DNA of 64,000 nucleotides from Macrostomum hystrix (Eukaryota; Animalia; Platyhelminthes): NCBI GenBank assembly GCA_950097015.1, contig CATNEN010000029.1:4030001-4094000 (forward strand), in the 5' to 3' direction. Shown piece after piece: positions 37,222-50,400 of the stretch. How positions within the stretch are numbered: the first letter of the stretch is position 1; each line of letters opens with the position of its first letter. Made by a program: the position numbers and the translations under genes. A model generated the notes under the pieces. That model was not told the origin of the DNA and made no database searches. It saw only the letters and a list, made by a program, of their open reading frames with translations.

Positions 37222-38225
37222 CCTCTCTCTGACACCCACCCCACACCCCTGCCCCTCTCTCACACCCACCCCACATCCCTGCCCCTCTCTCACACCCACC
37301 CCACATCCCTGCCCCTCTCTCACACCCACCCACACCCCTGCCCCTCTCTCACACCCACCACACCCCTGCCCCTCTCTCACACCCACCCACATCCCTGCGC
37401 CTCTCTCACACCCACCCCACATCCCTGCCCCTCTCTCACACCCACCCACATCCCTGCCCCTCTCTCACACCCACCCACACCCCTGCCCCTCTCTCACACC
37501 CACCACACCCCTGCCCCTCTCTCACACCCACCACACATTCCTACCCCTCTCTAACACCCACCACACATTCCTACTCCTCCCTTGCACCCACGCAACATCC
37601 CTGCCCCTCTCTCACACCCACCCACACCCCTGCCCCTCTCTCACACCCACCACATCCCTGCCCCTCTCTCACACCCACCCACATCCCTGCGCCTCTCTCA
37701 CACCCACCCCACATCCCTGCCCCTCTCTCACACCCACCCCACATCCCTGCCCCTCTCTCACACCCACCCACATCCCTGCGCCTCTCTCACACCCACCCCA
37801 CATCCCTGCCCCTCTCTCACACCCACCCACATCCCTGCCCCTCTCTCACACCCACCCACACCCCTGCCCCTCTCTCACACCCACCACACCCCTGCCCCTC
37901 TCTCACACCCACCACACATTCCTACCCCTCTCTAACACCCACCCACATCCCTGCCCCTCTCTCACACCCACCCACACCCCTGCCCCTCTCTCACACCCAC
38001 CCACACCCCTGCCCCTCTCTCACACCCACCCACATCCCTGCCCCTCTCTCACACCCACCCACATCCCTGCCCCTCTCTCACACCCACCCCACATCCCTGC
38101 CCCTCTCTCACACCCACCACACCCCTGCCCCTCTCTCACACTCATCACACATTCCTACCCCTCTCTAACACCCACCACACATTCCTACTCCTCCCTTGCA
38201 CCCACGCAACATTCCTGCCCCTCTC
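37222..38225. repeat. 30-bp C-rich minisatellite (cacccaccccacatccctgcccctctctca)
   Basis: Tandem units; the - strand has four G3+ runs per unit. Confidence 0.94.
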
Positions 38226-38892
38226 TGTGTCAATCCTCTCAGTCCCAGACCCACCTGTGTCAATCCTCTCAGTCCCAGACCCACCTGTGTCAATCCTCTC
38301 AGTCCCTGACCCACCTGTGTCAATCCTCTCAGTCCCTGACCCACCTGTGTCAATCCTCTCAGTCCCTGACCCACCTGTGTCAATCCTATCAGTCCCTGAC
38401 TCACCTGTGTCAATCCTCTCAGTCCCTGACCCACCTGTGTCAATCCTATCAGTCCCTGACCCACCTGTGTCAATCCTATCAGTCCCTGACACACCTGTGT
38501 CAATCCTCTCAGTCCCTGACTCACCTGTGTCAATCCTCTCAGTCCCTGACCCACCTGTGTCAATCCTCTCAGTCCCTGACTCACCTGTGTCAATCCTCTC
38601 AGTCCCTGACTCACCTGTGTCAATCCTCTCAGTCCCTGACTCACCTGTGTCAATCCTCTCAGTCCCTGACTCACCTGTGTCAATCCTCTCAGTCCCTGAC
38701 TCACCTGTATCAATCCTCTCAGTCCCTGACCCACCTGTGTCAATCCTCTCAGTCCCTGACTCACCTGTGTCAATCCTCTCAGTCCCTGACCCACCTGTGT
38801 CAATCCTCTCAGTCCCTGACCCACCTGTGTCAATCCTCTCAGTCCCTGACCCACCTGTGTCAATCATATCAGTCCCTGACACACCTGTGTGA
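38226..38892. repeat. 30-bp minisatellite (ccacctgtgtcaatcctctcagtccctgac)
   Basis: Near-perfect tandem units directly abutting the previous array. Confidence 0.95.
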
Positions 38893-38942
38893 GTCCTCTG
38901 AGAGTACTTTGATCCTCTTAGAACTATAATTACCTTTTTTAC

Positions 38943-39562
38943 CCATCCAGCTGCCGCAGGTCATGTAAAATCCAAATGTTCTGGTTGATCGCGTGAAGTC
39001 CATACTGAAGACCTACGAATAGAAGCCAAATGATTCCACTCAGCAGCAACAGTAGCTCAATGATGTCTTTGCGAAACGGAATATTGACAAATAACCCTCC
39101 GGTTTGCCTGTAAAATAAAGCGAAAAAACTACCAAGAACCCGTTTTTATTAATATTATCCAGACTTTTACGTGTTTCATTGCTGTCCTTAAAAACCCGGT
39201 CACCGGCGCCTTTTAAACTTTGTACAGAAATTCAAATTTCACATATATTGGCTTTCATTTCCCAAACTTGATAAAAAAGTATTTGACGTTATTTTACTGT
39301 CCGTTCTGCACACGCAATTAAACGTAATTGATCGGCAATCCGTTTTTTTAATTAAATAAACTCAAACTTTAAAAGCTTTTTTTCAGATAATGCTAGAAAA
39401 AAATTGGAACAATAACTTTTTAAATACTCCTACCTGAAAACTGTCACACTTGTTGAATAATATTCCTTACTCAACTTGGACATATTTCAGCGAGGCCCTG
39501 TGGCTTTTAGAAGTACACTTAACAGACAACGATATTAAGTCATCATGAGTAACGCTAATGCC
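38943..39562 (-). CDS. Internal exons of an unidentified small membrane-protein gene
   Basis: Exon 39562-39471 (TACTAAC branch point, TAG acceptor, gtaagg donor) and exon 39107-38943 (ttttacag acceptor) join in phase 2. They give GISVTHDDLISLSVKCTSKSHRASLKYVQVEQTGGLFVNIPFRKDIIELLLLLSGIIWLLFVGLQYGLHAINQNIWILHDLRQLD. Start and last exons are not resolved. Confidence 0.55.
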
Positions 39563-40043
39563 CTATTTGGTAAGGTATTAGTTAGTAAACAGTAGATAAA
39601 CGGAGATTTTTAACGAAATCGAACCGCGCAACAGTGACTCGCATTCTTGCACCACAGTGTCTGTAGTCCACAGCTTGTAATTAACCGGTGCTCACTATTG
39701 AGTCCAACACAATGCACCGCTTTATATAATAAATTCATCATATCATAATTTGTTACACTGTGCATGTGTCTCAGATGCCGGCAAGTTGAACAATTTTTTG
39801 GAGAAAATACTTCGCTGCGAGATTCGTTGGGGAACTAAAGCTATTCGTAGTTTTTTGTAAATAAACCTCGATAAGTATATTTTTGGTTAAGGAAATTTCG
39901 CATCATAAACCAGGCGAAAATCCGGATTAAGTATCACACGCAGGGTGCGTAAAATTTGAATTCGCACGAAATAGTTTATTAAAAATTTCCGGCTTTAGTT
40001 CGTTATAGTGCACAAGTCGGCCACAGCAGGCCAAGAATATTCT

Positions 40044-43000
40044 ATGGACTTTTCTACGAATCCTTCAGGCACTCTGCTGCTGCTGTTTCTCATGTCTGCA
40101 GTCCGCGCCAACAGCAACTTCCCGAGTGAGCCTGATAGAGAACAGCTCGGCAGTAGCGAAGCCTCCTCGGCTTCGTCCGAGATTGAAGCAGGCGACGATT
40201 TTATTTACCTGCGAGATCCAAACCAGGCCTACCTGTTGATGGTGAGTCCCATAGCTTTAAACTGTATTACCTTTGTACTCTCTCTCTCTCTCTCTCTGAC
40301 TGTATCCTTCACAGTTCCACGCGCCCTGGTGCGGCCACTGCCAAGAGATGTGGGCAGACTTTTCCGCCGCCGGTCAGCGTCTCAGTCGACGCGGAATTCA
40401 GGCGGTGCGCATCGATGCCACCAGGAATAAAGAAGCCGCTGCAGCCTTCACAGCTATGTCCCTGCCCAGCCTGATCTTGTGAGACTGCGTTGGGATTGGG
40501 ATCTGAGGATGGGAAATTGAAGGATGGGAATCAGGAGATGAGAAATTGAAGGATGAGAATTTGAAGGATGAGGATCAGAGGATGAGGATCTGAGGATGGG
40601 AAATTGAAGGATGAGGATCTGAGGATGAGGATCTGAGGATGGGAAATTGAAGGATGGGAATCAGGAGATGAGAAATTGAAGGATGAGAATTTGAAGGATG
40701 AGGATCAGAGGATGAGGATCTGAGGATGGGAAATTGAAGGATGAGGATCTGAGGATGAGAAATTGTAGGATGAGGATCAGAGGATGAGGATCAGAGGATG
40801 AGGATTAGAGGATGAGGATCAGAGGATTAGAAATTGAAGGATGAGGATCAGAGGATTAGAAATTGAAGGATGAGGATCAGAGGATTAGAAATTGAAGGAT
40901 GAGGATCAGAGGATGAGAAATTGTAGGATGAGGATCAGAGTATGGAAAATTGAAGGGTTTAGAGATGGGTTATTTTAACTCTGGTCTTTCCGGTTCAAAA
41001 TAGCAAAATTCTGTGATTTTCGGTCAAAAAAAATGCTTCAAGTAGGTCACGAATGCTTTTCTCAATAAAAACCTCAGCGTAAAAGGTGAAACCAGACAGC
41101 TGTACAGGGGCGAGAGAAACGCAGACGACATCGTCAGGTTCGCTGAGCTGCTGGCCGGGTGAGTCGATTGGGAGGAGTGGAATTCGGGATCGGAGTCGGT
41201 CAAATTGATTTCGATTTGGGATCGGGGAATCAAGAAGTTGAAGATTAGGATCTGGGAATGAGGAAGTTGATGATTTGGGATCGGGGGACAAGGAATTTAA
41301 GGATTTGGGATCGGGGGACAAGGAATTTAAGGATTTGGGATCGGGGGATGAGGAATTTAAGGATTTGGGATCGGGGGATGAGGAATTTAAGGATTTGGGA
41401 TCGGGGGACAAGGAATTTAAGGATTTGGGATCGGGGGATGAGGAATTTAAGGATTTGGGATCGTGGGATGAGGATGTTAAGGATCGGGGGATCTGGGGTT
41501 GAAAAATTGAGGATTTGGGATCGGGGGACGATGTTGTTAATGATCATATTGGGAGGATGGGGATTTAGAGGATTCGGGATCGTTGGGTGAGGAAGTCTAC
41601 GAGTTTGGGTGAAGATTTCTAAATCGGACGCAATTTTTCCACACTGGCACCCATTCAGCGCCCCAGTGCAGGACATCAGTAGTGTTGCTCAAATCGAGCG
41701 TGCCCTGGACGAGTCAATGAGTTCAACCTTTTTCGTATTTATCGGCAGCAGCAAGTCTAAAGAGTTTGTGAGTCTATATATTCTGTTGTTGAGAAATTTA
41801 GCCAGGAAATCAGTCGCCTTTTAACCTTCATCAGGAGCTGTACAACGAATTGGCTACGGAATTTCGCGGTCGCAACAGTTTCTACCTCATTGAAGGTGAG
41901 CAGCCGCAGCTGCTGGCAAAACTGTCCGGCCCATTGCCGCGAGACCGCAGCTCCGCTGTCCAGCGCCTTCTGGCAGTTCGAGAACGTCAGGCAGTGGAGT
42001 TTCCGGGGCCTTACGAGTCGGAAAAAATCGCACCCTGGTTTGCCGACGAGCGGCTGGTCACGTTTCCGGAGGTGATGGCGGCATAGAATGTACATTTAGG
42101 ATAGATGGATAGAATGTACATTTAGGATAGATGGATAGAATGTACATTTAGGATAGATTGATAGAATGTACATTTAGGATAGATGGATAGAATGTACATT
42201 TAGGATAGATGGATAGAATGTACATTTAGGATAGATGGATAGAATGTACATTTAGGATAGATGGATAGAATGTACATTTAGGATAGATGGATAGAATGTA
42301 CATTTAGGATAGATTGATAGAATGTACATTTAGGATAGATTGATAGAATGTACATTTAGGATAGATTGATAGAATGTACATTTAGGATAGATTGATAGAA
42401 TGTACATTTAGGATAGATTGATAGAATGTACATTTAGGATAGATGGATAGAATGTACATTTAGGATAGATGGATAGAATGTACATTTAGGATAGATGGAT
42501 AGAATGTACATTTAGGATAGATGGATAGAATGTACATTTAGGATAGATGGATAGAATGTACATTTAAGATAGATGGATAGAATGTACATTTAGGATAGAT
42601 GGATAGAATGTACATTTAGGATAGATGGATAGAATGTACATTTAGGATAGATGGATAGAATGTACATTTAGGATAGATTGATAGAATGTACATTTAGGAT
42701 AGATGGATAGAATGTACATTTAGGATAGATGGATAGAATGTACATTTAGGATAGATGGATAGAATGTACATTTAGGATAGATGGATAGAATGTACATTTA
42801 GACTGGCTGCAAAGAGTGTACATTTACGAGTAGAATGGTTGCAAAGAATGTGCATTTAGACTGGCTGGTTGGGTGGTCTTCTCTCTGTGGGTGGTGAACT
42901 GAGGTCAGATGAGCTTAACAGAATGCGTTTAGAGTCGCTAACAAAACTTTTGTTTATCTTTTCTCTGTACCGTTTAAAGGGCAAATTTAAATAAAATTGC

Positions 43001-45143
43001 TGCACAATTAGTTTCACAACCTGTCAGGGGTCAAGAATGACTGACTGCTACGAGTAAAGTGACCTGCAACACCGAATGGCGCGTAACGTTATTTAATTTG
43101 GTCATAAGAGTAGTTTTATTCCAGCCAAAACTGACGGGTCTCGAAGTGATTTGAAGTGACTGATTGGAATGTACATTTGAAGTGACTCATTGGAATGTAC
43201 ATTTGAAGTGACTGATTGGAATGTACATTTGAAGTGACTCATTGGAATGTACATTCGAAGTGACTCATTGGAATGTACATTTGAAGTGACTGATTGGAGT
43301 GTACATTTGAAGTGACTGATTGGAATGTACATTTGAAGTGACTCATTGGAGTGTACATTCGAAGTGACTGATTGGAATGTACATTTAAAGTGACTCATTG
43401 GAGTGTACATTCGAAGTGACTGATTGGAATGTACATTTGAAGTGACTCATTGGAGTGTACATTCGAAGTGACTGATTGGAATGCACATTCGAAGTGAATG
43501 ATTGGAGTGTACATTTGAAGTGAATGATTGGAATATACATTTGAAGTGACTCATTGGAATGTACATTCGAAGTGACTCATTGGAGTGTACATTCGAAGTG
43601 ACTGATTGGTGTGTACATTTGAAGTGACTGATTGGAGTGTACATTTGAAGTGACTGATTGGAGTGTACATTTGAAGTGACTGATTGGAATGTATATTTGA
43701 AGTGACTGATTGGAATGTACATTTGAAGTGACTGATTGGAATGTACATTTGAATTGACTGATTGGAATGTATATTTGAAGTGACTGATTGGAATGTTCAT
43801 TTGAAGTGACTGATTGGAATGTTCATTTGAAGTGACTGATTGGAATGTACATTTGAAGTGACTGATTGGAATGTATATTTGAAGTGACTGATTGGAATGT
43901 ATATTTGAAGTGACTGATTGGAATGTACATTTGAATTGACTGATTGGAATGTATATTTGAAGTGACTGATTGGAATGTATATTTGAAGTGACTGATTGGA
44001 ATGTACATTTGAATTGACTGATTGGAATGTATATTTGAAGTGACTGATTGGAATGTATATTTGAAGTGACTGATTGGAATGTACATTCGAACTGACTGAT
44101 TGGAATGCACATTTGAAGTGACTCATTGGAGTGTACATTCGAACTGACTGATTGGAATGTATATTTCTCCTCCAGACAACGCGGTCACCTGCGATTACTT
44201 TTGTACAGGTAGGCAGCCAGCTGTTTCAGACGCTCAACCCCTGCTACAAGCTGCTGGTCGTCCTGATAGTTAGCGGCGACAACGACTCCCTCGAAGAGCG
44301 TCGATTTATTCAACTGGGCCGTCAGCTGGCCCAGGCTAGTGACCCGGAGCTGCGGCGAGTTCAATTCGCCTGGACTGCAGCTGAGTACACCCTGCGAGAG
44401 CTGGTCATGAGCCGACTGCCCAGCCCCAACCTGCTGGTGCTGAACCCCAACACCAGCCGCTACTACCTCCGGCTGGACTATCACAGGCCCGCTGTGGGCC
44501 TGAATGTTAGCTCCCTGAGGAGTCACGTGATGCTGGCTCTGGGAGACCAGCTGCCCAGTTACCAGGCTAATGGATTTTTTATCTCGGTGAAGCGATACAT
44601 CTACAGCATTGTGGTGGGGCTTGCGGTGCGTCAGAGGAACATGCTGCTGCATCTAGGAATGCAATGGATTGCTAGTCTATCCCATGGATTGCTAGTCTAT
44701 CCCATGGATTGCTAGTCTATCCCATGGATTGCTAGTCTATCCCATGGATTGCTAGTCTATCCCATGGATTGCTAGTCTATCCCATGGATTGCTAGTCTAT
44801 CCCATGGATTGCTAGTCTAGCCTCTATTGTTCAATGAGAAGAATGGATTGCTAGTCTAGCCACAAATATATTTTCAAATATCGAACCCACCCTGCAGACG
44901 GTGTGCGTACGGCACCCTCTGTACAGTCTGATTGTCTTCGGAATTCCCGGCTGCCTGATTGGCTGGCTTTGCTACTGCATCTGCTGCACCGACGGCGACG
45001 ATTATGACGAAATTGGCGAGGGCGAGGAAGCGGTGAAGACGCTCGCTACCAAGGCTGCGGCGGCGCTGGCCGTCAGTCAGTGCTTCGGCTGCATCTCCGA
45101 GACCGCTAACAGAGTTGGTCCGGAGAGGAAGAAGGAGCGCTGA
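40044..45143 (+). CDS. TMX3: TMX3-like thioredoxin-domain transmembrane protein (PDI family), 7 exons, ~483 aa
   Basis: Exons 40044-40241, 40315-40478, 41078-41158, 41659-41767, 41835-42071, 44209-44625 and 44898-45143 are phase-consistent. The protein has a signal peptide, an FHAPWCGHC active site, YRGERNADDIVRFAELLAG, a C-terminal TM (LIVFGIPGCLIGWLCYCICC), an acidic tail and a KKER C-terminus (KKxx-type ER retrieval). Confidence 0.88.
40492..40945. repeat. Purine-rich modular repeat in TMX3 intron 2 (ggatgaggatc / gaaattgaa modules)
   Basis: Degenerate tandem modules. Confidence 0.88.
41210..41590. repeat. 30-bp minisatellite in TMX3 intron 3 (ggatttgggatcgggggatgaggaatttaa)
   Basis: Homogeneous centre, degenerate flanks. 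Confidence 0.9.
42083..42800. repeat. 26-bp minisatellite A in TMX3 intron 5 (atagaatgtacatttaggatagatgg)
   Basis: Near-perfect tandem units starting ~11 bp after the donor. Confidence 0.96.
43145..44165. repeat. 26-bp minisatellite B in TMX3 intron 5 (tgattggaatgtacatttgaagtgac)
   Basis: Tandem units sharing the aatgtacattt core and period with array A. Confidence 0.95.
44660..44860. repeat. 20-bp minisatellite in TMX3 intron 6 (ggattgctagtctatcccat)
   Basis: About 8 tandem units plus a displaced partial copy. Confidence 0.92.
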
Positions 45144-45747
45144 CGGGGGTGGAGTGAGGGGGTGGAGTGACGGGGATGGAGTGACGAGGATGGAGTGAGG
45201 GGATGGAGTGATGGACGGGGATGGAGTGACAGTGAATGGAGCATTGAGTGTAGAGATCGAAGAAGCGAATGACTGGCTGACAAAAACTCTGAACCAGTTT
45301 TGTGTTTCTGAATTTTCCGGACTTTTCTCATTACCTCAAAGTAAATCTGAACTTTTAATGAAAATTTAATACAGAACTGTTTTTCAAAGTTTTAACAAAC
45401 CCTAAACTTATTATTTGTCGCTTTTCAGTTAGTTTATTATGGTTATCGGAAGTTCTTCGTTATCGGAATTTTGTTAGACATTATAACAAAACATTATTCT
45501 TAGGAATAGGGAATGTTTCCTTGCCGGATATTTTTGTGTACAAAAACGAAACTAAAATAAATTTTCCGGAATGCTTTAATGTCAATTTAAAAAACTAGAG
45601 CCAAACAGGCTAAATTAGTAAATTTTCAAACTTTTGTCATCGTTCTGTCATTTTTAGGTCATGAGAGGGCCGGATAGTATCATTTATTGGAATTTGGTCC
45701 TAGGCGAGATTCAGAGAGTCAGTTTGGTTTTAGAGGAGGTAAGAAGA

Positions 45748-46975
45748 GCCTTTTGGGTCAGGAGAAGGTTCTGACAGTCAGTTTGGGTCAGGAGAAGGTT
45801 CTGACAGTCAGTTTTGGTCAGGATGAAGTTTGACAGTCATTTTTGGGTCAGGAGAAGGTTCTGACAGTCAGTTTTGGTCAGGATGAAGTTCTGACAGTCA
45901 GCTTGGGTCAGGATGAAGTTCTGAAAGCCAGTTTGGGTCAGGAGAAGGTTCTGACAGTCAGTTTGGGTCAGGAGAAGGTTCTGACAGTCAGTTTGGGTCA
46001 GGAGACGGTTCTGATAGTCAGTTTTGGTCAGGATGAAGTTTGACAGTCAGTTTGGGTGAGGAGAAGGTTCTGACAGTCAGTTTTGGTCAGGATGAAGTTC
46101 TGACAGTCAGCTTGGGTCAGGATGAAGTTCTGAAAGCCAGTTTGGGTCAGGAGAAGGTTCTGACAGTCAGTTTGGGTCAGGAGAAGGTTCTGACAGTCAG
46201 TTTGGGTCAGGAGACGGTTCTGATAGTCAGTTTTGGTCAGGATGAAGTTTGACAGTCAGTTTGGGTGAGGAGAAGGTTCTGACAGTCAGTTTTGGTCAGG
46301 ATGAAGTTCTGACAGTCATTTTTGGGTGAGGAGAAGGTTCTGAAAGCCAGTTTGGGTCAGGAGAAGGTTCTGACTGTCAGTTTGGGTCAGGAGAAGGTTC
46401 TGACAGTCAGTTTGGGTCAGGAGACGGTTCTGATAGTCAGTTTTGGTCAGGATGAAGTTTGACAGTCAGTTTGGGTCAGGAGAAGGTTCTGACAGTCAGT
46501 TTGGGTCAGGAGACGGTTCTGATAGTCAGTTTTGGTCAGGATGAAGTTTGACAGTCAGTTTGGGTGAGGAGAAGGTTCTGACAGTCAGTTTTGGTCAGGA
46601 TGAAGTTCTGACAGTCAGCTTGGGTCAGGATGAAGTTCTGAAAGCCAGTTTGGGTCAGGAGAAGGTTCTGACTGTCAGTTTGGGTCAGGAGAAGGTTCTG
46701 ACAGTCAGTTTGGGTCAGGAGACGGTTCTGATAGTCAGTTTTGGTCAGGATGAAGTTTGACAGTCAGTTTGGGTGAGGAGAAGGTTCTGACAGTCAGTTT
46801 TGGTCAGGATGAAGTTCTGAAAGCCAGTTTGGGTCAGGAGAAGGTTCTGACAGTCAGTTTGGGTCAGCAGAAGGTTCTGACAGTCATTTTTGGTCAGGAT
46901 GAAGTTCTGACAGTCATTTTTGGGTCAAGATGAATTTCTGAAATCCAGTTTGGGTCAGGAGAAAGTTCTGACATC
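45748..46975. repeat. 30-bp minisatellite (ttctgacagtcagtttgggtcaggagaagg) between TMX3 and the oxidase gene
   Basis: Tandem units with repeated multi-unit blocks. Confidence 0.95.
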
Positions 46976-47440
46976 TGACAGATTTCATCTAACATTTATG
47001 TGAAGACCGTAAAGAATATAGTGATAAATTTGTTGTTTCGATTAGATTCGCCTTTTATATTCTGCCCCCTTTGACTAGGTATTAGGAATTGGAATTAGAA
47101 CCGCAGAGTTTTCAAAAAATGTAGGACGAGCTATAAAATGCTAATAATCAATCTGGTTGAATAAATATTGACACAGGTGTCGCTTTGTCTAAGAAGAATT
47201 CAATTTCAAATGCTAATTTCTAGTTGCAGTTGGCTAGCAAAACTTTCAACACAGGGGTTGGAGGGGTTGTGGTAGCTGGACACGCAGTAACTAGGCTCTT
47301 ATGAGTCACTGAACAGCTATTTAAATCAAGACGAACAGATAAATATTCGGTGAGGGCAGAAAATCTGCCGGCTCGCTTTAACACTCAGTTCAGTAGCTTT
47401 AATGATCATTTCCTGACTTAGATTAATTCTTTTCGGTCAA

Positions 47441-50400
47441 ATGATTCGCTACAGAATAATTCTCGCCTTATTGCTGACGCTTCTGACTGCTGCTGTCGTT
47501 GCTGCAGCGGCCCAGGAGGTGGAAGAAGACCTGTTTCATTTCTTTGGTGAGCAGGATTGTCATTGTCATTGCTTTGTTAAGATTCTTACCCTAAGGAACA
47601 CTGAGAGAAAAGTACCCTGTGATTCTTCCCCCTGTTTTAGTTGGGAGAACCCTGTGATTCTTCCCCTGTTCCAGTTGGGAGAACCCTGTGATTTTACCCC
47701 CTGTTCCAGTTGGGAGAACCCTGTGATTCTTCCCCCTGTTTTAGTTGGGAGAACCCTGTGATTCTTCCCCCTGTTTTAGTTGGGAGAACCCTGTGATTCT
47801 TCCCCTGTTTTAGTTGGGAGAACCCTGTGATTCTTCCCCTGTTTTAGTTGGGAGAACCCTGTGATTCTTCCCCCTGTTCCAGTTGGGAGAACCCTGTGAT
47901 TCTTCCCCTGTTTTAGTTGGGAGAACCCTGTGATTCTTCCCACTGTTCCAGTTGGGAGAACCCTGTGATTCTTCCCCTGTTCCAGTTGGGAGAACCCTGT
48001 GATTCTTCCCCCTGTTCCAGTTGGGAGAACCCTGTGATTCTTCCCCCTGTTCCAGTTGGGAGAACCCTGTGATTCTTCCCCCTGTTCCAGTTGGGAGAAC
48101 CCTGTGATTCTTCCCCCTGTTCCAGTTGGGAGAACCCTGTGATTCTTCCCCTGTTTTAGTTGGGAGAACCCTGTGATTCTTCCCCCTGTTCCAGTTGGGA
48201 GAACCCTGTGATTCTTCCCCTGTTTTAGTTGGGAGAACCCTGTGATTCTTCCCCTGTTTTAGTTGGGAGAACCCTGTGATTCTTCCCCTGTTTTAGTTGG
48301 GAGAACCCTGTGATTCTTCCCCTGTTTTAGTTGGGAGAACCCTGTGATTCTTCCCACTGTTCCAGTTGGGAGAACCCTGTGATTCTTCCCCTGTTCCAGT
48401 TGGGAGAACCCTGTGATTCTTCCCCCTGTTCCAGTTGGGAGAACCCTGTGATTCTTCCCCCTGTTCCAGTTGGGAGAACCCTGTGATTCTTCCCCCTGTT
48501 CCAGTTGGGAGAACCCTGTGATTCTTCCCCCTGTTCCAGTTGGGAGAACCCTGTGATTCTTCCCCTGTTTTAGTTGGGAGAACCCTGTGATTCTTCCCCC
48601 TGTTCCAGTTGGGAGAACCCTGTGATTCTTCCCCTGTTTTAGTTGGGAGAACCCTGTGATTCTTCCCACTGTTCCAGTTGGGAGAACCCTGTGATTCTTC
48701 CCCTGTTCCAGTTGGGAGAACCCTGTGATTCTTCCCCCTGTTCCAGTTGGGAGAACCCTGTGATTCTTCCCCCTGTTCCAGTTGGGAGAACCCTGTGATT
48801 CTTCCCCCTGTTCCAGTTGGGAGAACCCTGTGATTCTTCCCCCTGTTTTAGTTGGGAGAACCCTGTGATTCTTCCCCCTGTTCCAGTTGGGAGAACCCTG
48901 TGATTCTTCCCCCTGTTCCAGTTGGGAGAACCCTGTGATTCTTCCCCCTGTTCCAGTTGGGAGAACCCTGTGATTCTTCCCCCTGTTCCAGTTGGGAGAA
49001 CCCTGTGATTCTTCCCCCTTGTTCTAGTTAAAGAGTTCGAGTTACTTGAATCGTATAATAATATTATAGTTAATTTACAAAATCAAAATTATATGAATCT
49101 GAATTTCACACAAGATTCGTTCCATTAAAAGTTTCTAAACTGTGCAGTGGAAATAATCGCACAGCAGGTGACAGTGTAGGTCGACAGTCAGAAATGCTGA
49201 TAAGACTGATCGTGACGGCTACTCAACCCCCCACCTGCCCTGCCCTCCAACCGAGACTGCGAGGTGTCAGTGTGCACTTCTCTTAAAAAATTAGAGCAAG
49301 TTGACACATTCAAATTTGTGCCCAAACTTGCTTCAAATTTGTGATAAGTAGCATGGGATAAACATCATATTGTTCGGTAGATTAGTTGCTACGGTTAGGT
49401 TCAGTAGTTGCTATGCTCAGGTAGAATAGTTGTTATGCTCACGTAGAACCGTTGCCACGCTCAGGTCGAATCGTTGCTAGAATATTTCCTATGCTCAGGT
49501 TAAAAAGTTGCTATGCTCAGGTAGAATAGTTTCTGTGCTCAGGTAGAATAGTTGCCATGTTTAGGTAGAATAGTTGCCATGCTCAGGTCGAATAGTTGCT
49601 ATGCTCAGGTATGCTCAGGAAGAATAGTTGCTATGCTCATGCAGAATAATTGCTATGTTCAGGTTTCAAACACTCGTTGCCATGGGAACCAATCCGATTC
49701 GATCCAGATGAATTCCGACACGAATGCGTGCGCAACTGCTCAGCGGACCCGGGACCACGCGAGTGTCGCTATCGCCTGCGGCTGGAATGGTTCATGACAA
49801 TGTCCAAGGCCTGCTTCGACTGTCCGCTGAACCTCACAGACTGCCAGCGGCCGCATTGCATTACTGGCGACGGAGTCAAGCGAGCACTGCTCAGTGTCAA
49901 TCGGCAGCTAAGCGGCCCCGGAATTCACCTGTGCGAGTCTGACACTGTCATTGTCACCGTGGACAACTTCATGGAGGCAGGCGAGGGCACCTCCATTCAC
50001 TGGCACGGCATGCACCAGGATGGCACGCAGCACATGGATGGCGTTGCCATGGTAACGCAGTGCCCGATTAACTCGCACTCGTCCTTTACCTACAGGTAAG
50101 AAAAATGTAAACTACGAGTATTGTTTAAAAACACAATTTCCACTTTCCCCGAGCCATGGATTATTCTTTGAACCCCCCGGAAAACCTCCGTTCCGCAGCC
50201 ATGTATTTTTCTTTGAACCCCCCGGAAAACCTCCGTTCCGCAGCCATGAATTATTTTTTGAACCCCCCGAAACCCTTGATCCGCAACCGTCGATTATTCT
50301 TTGAACCCCCCGAAACCTTCGATCCCGCAGCCCTGGATTATTCTTTGAACCCCCCCAAAACCCTTGATCCCGCAGCCTTGGATTATTCTTTCTGCCCCCC

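Noticed and set aside
37082-38929. 615-aa ORF and overlapping repeat ORFs
   Set aside because: They are made almost entirely of two 30-bp arrays.
38943-39107. PIG-H identity for the hidden membrane protein (YGLHAINQNIWIL resembles a PIG-H segment)
   Set aside because: The expected second TM and the downstream conserved region are not evident.
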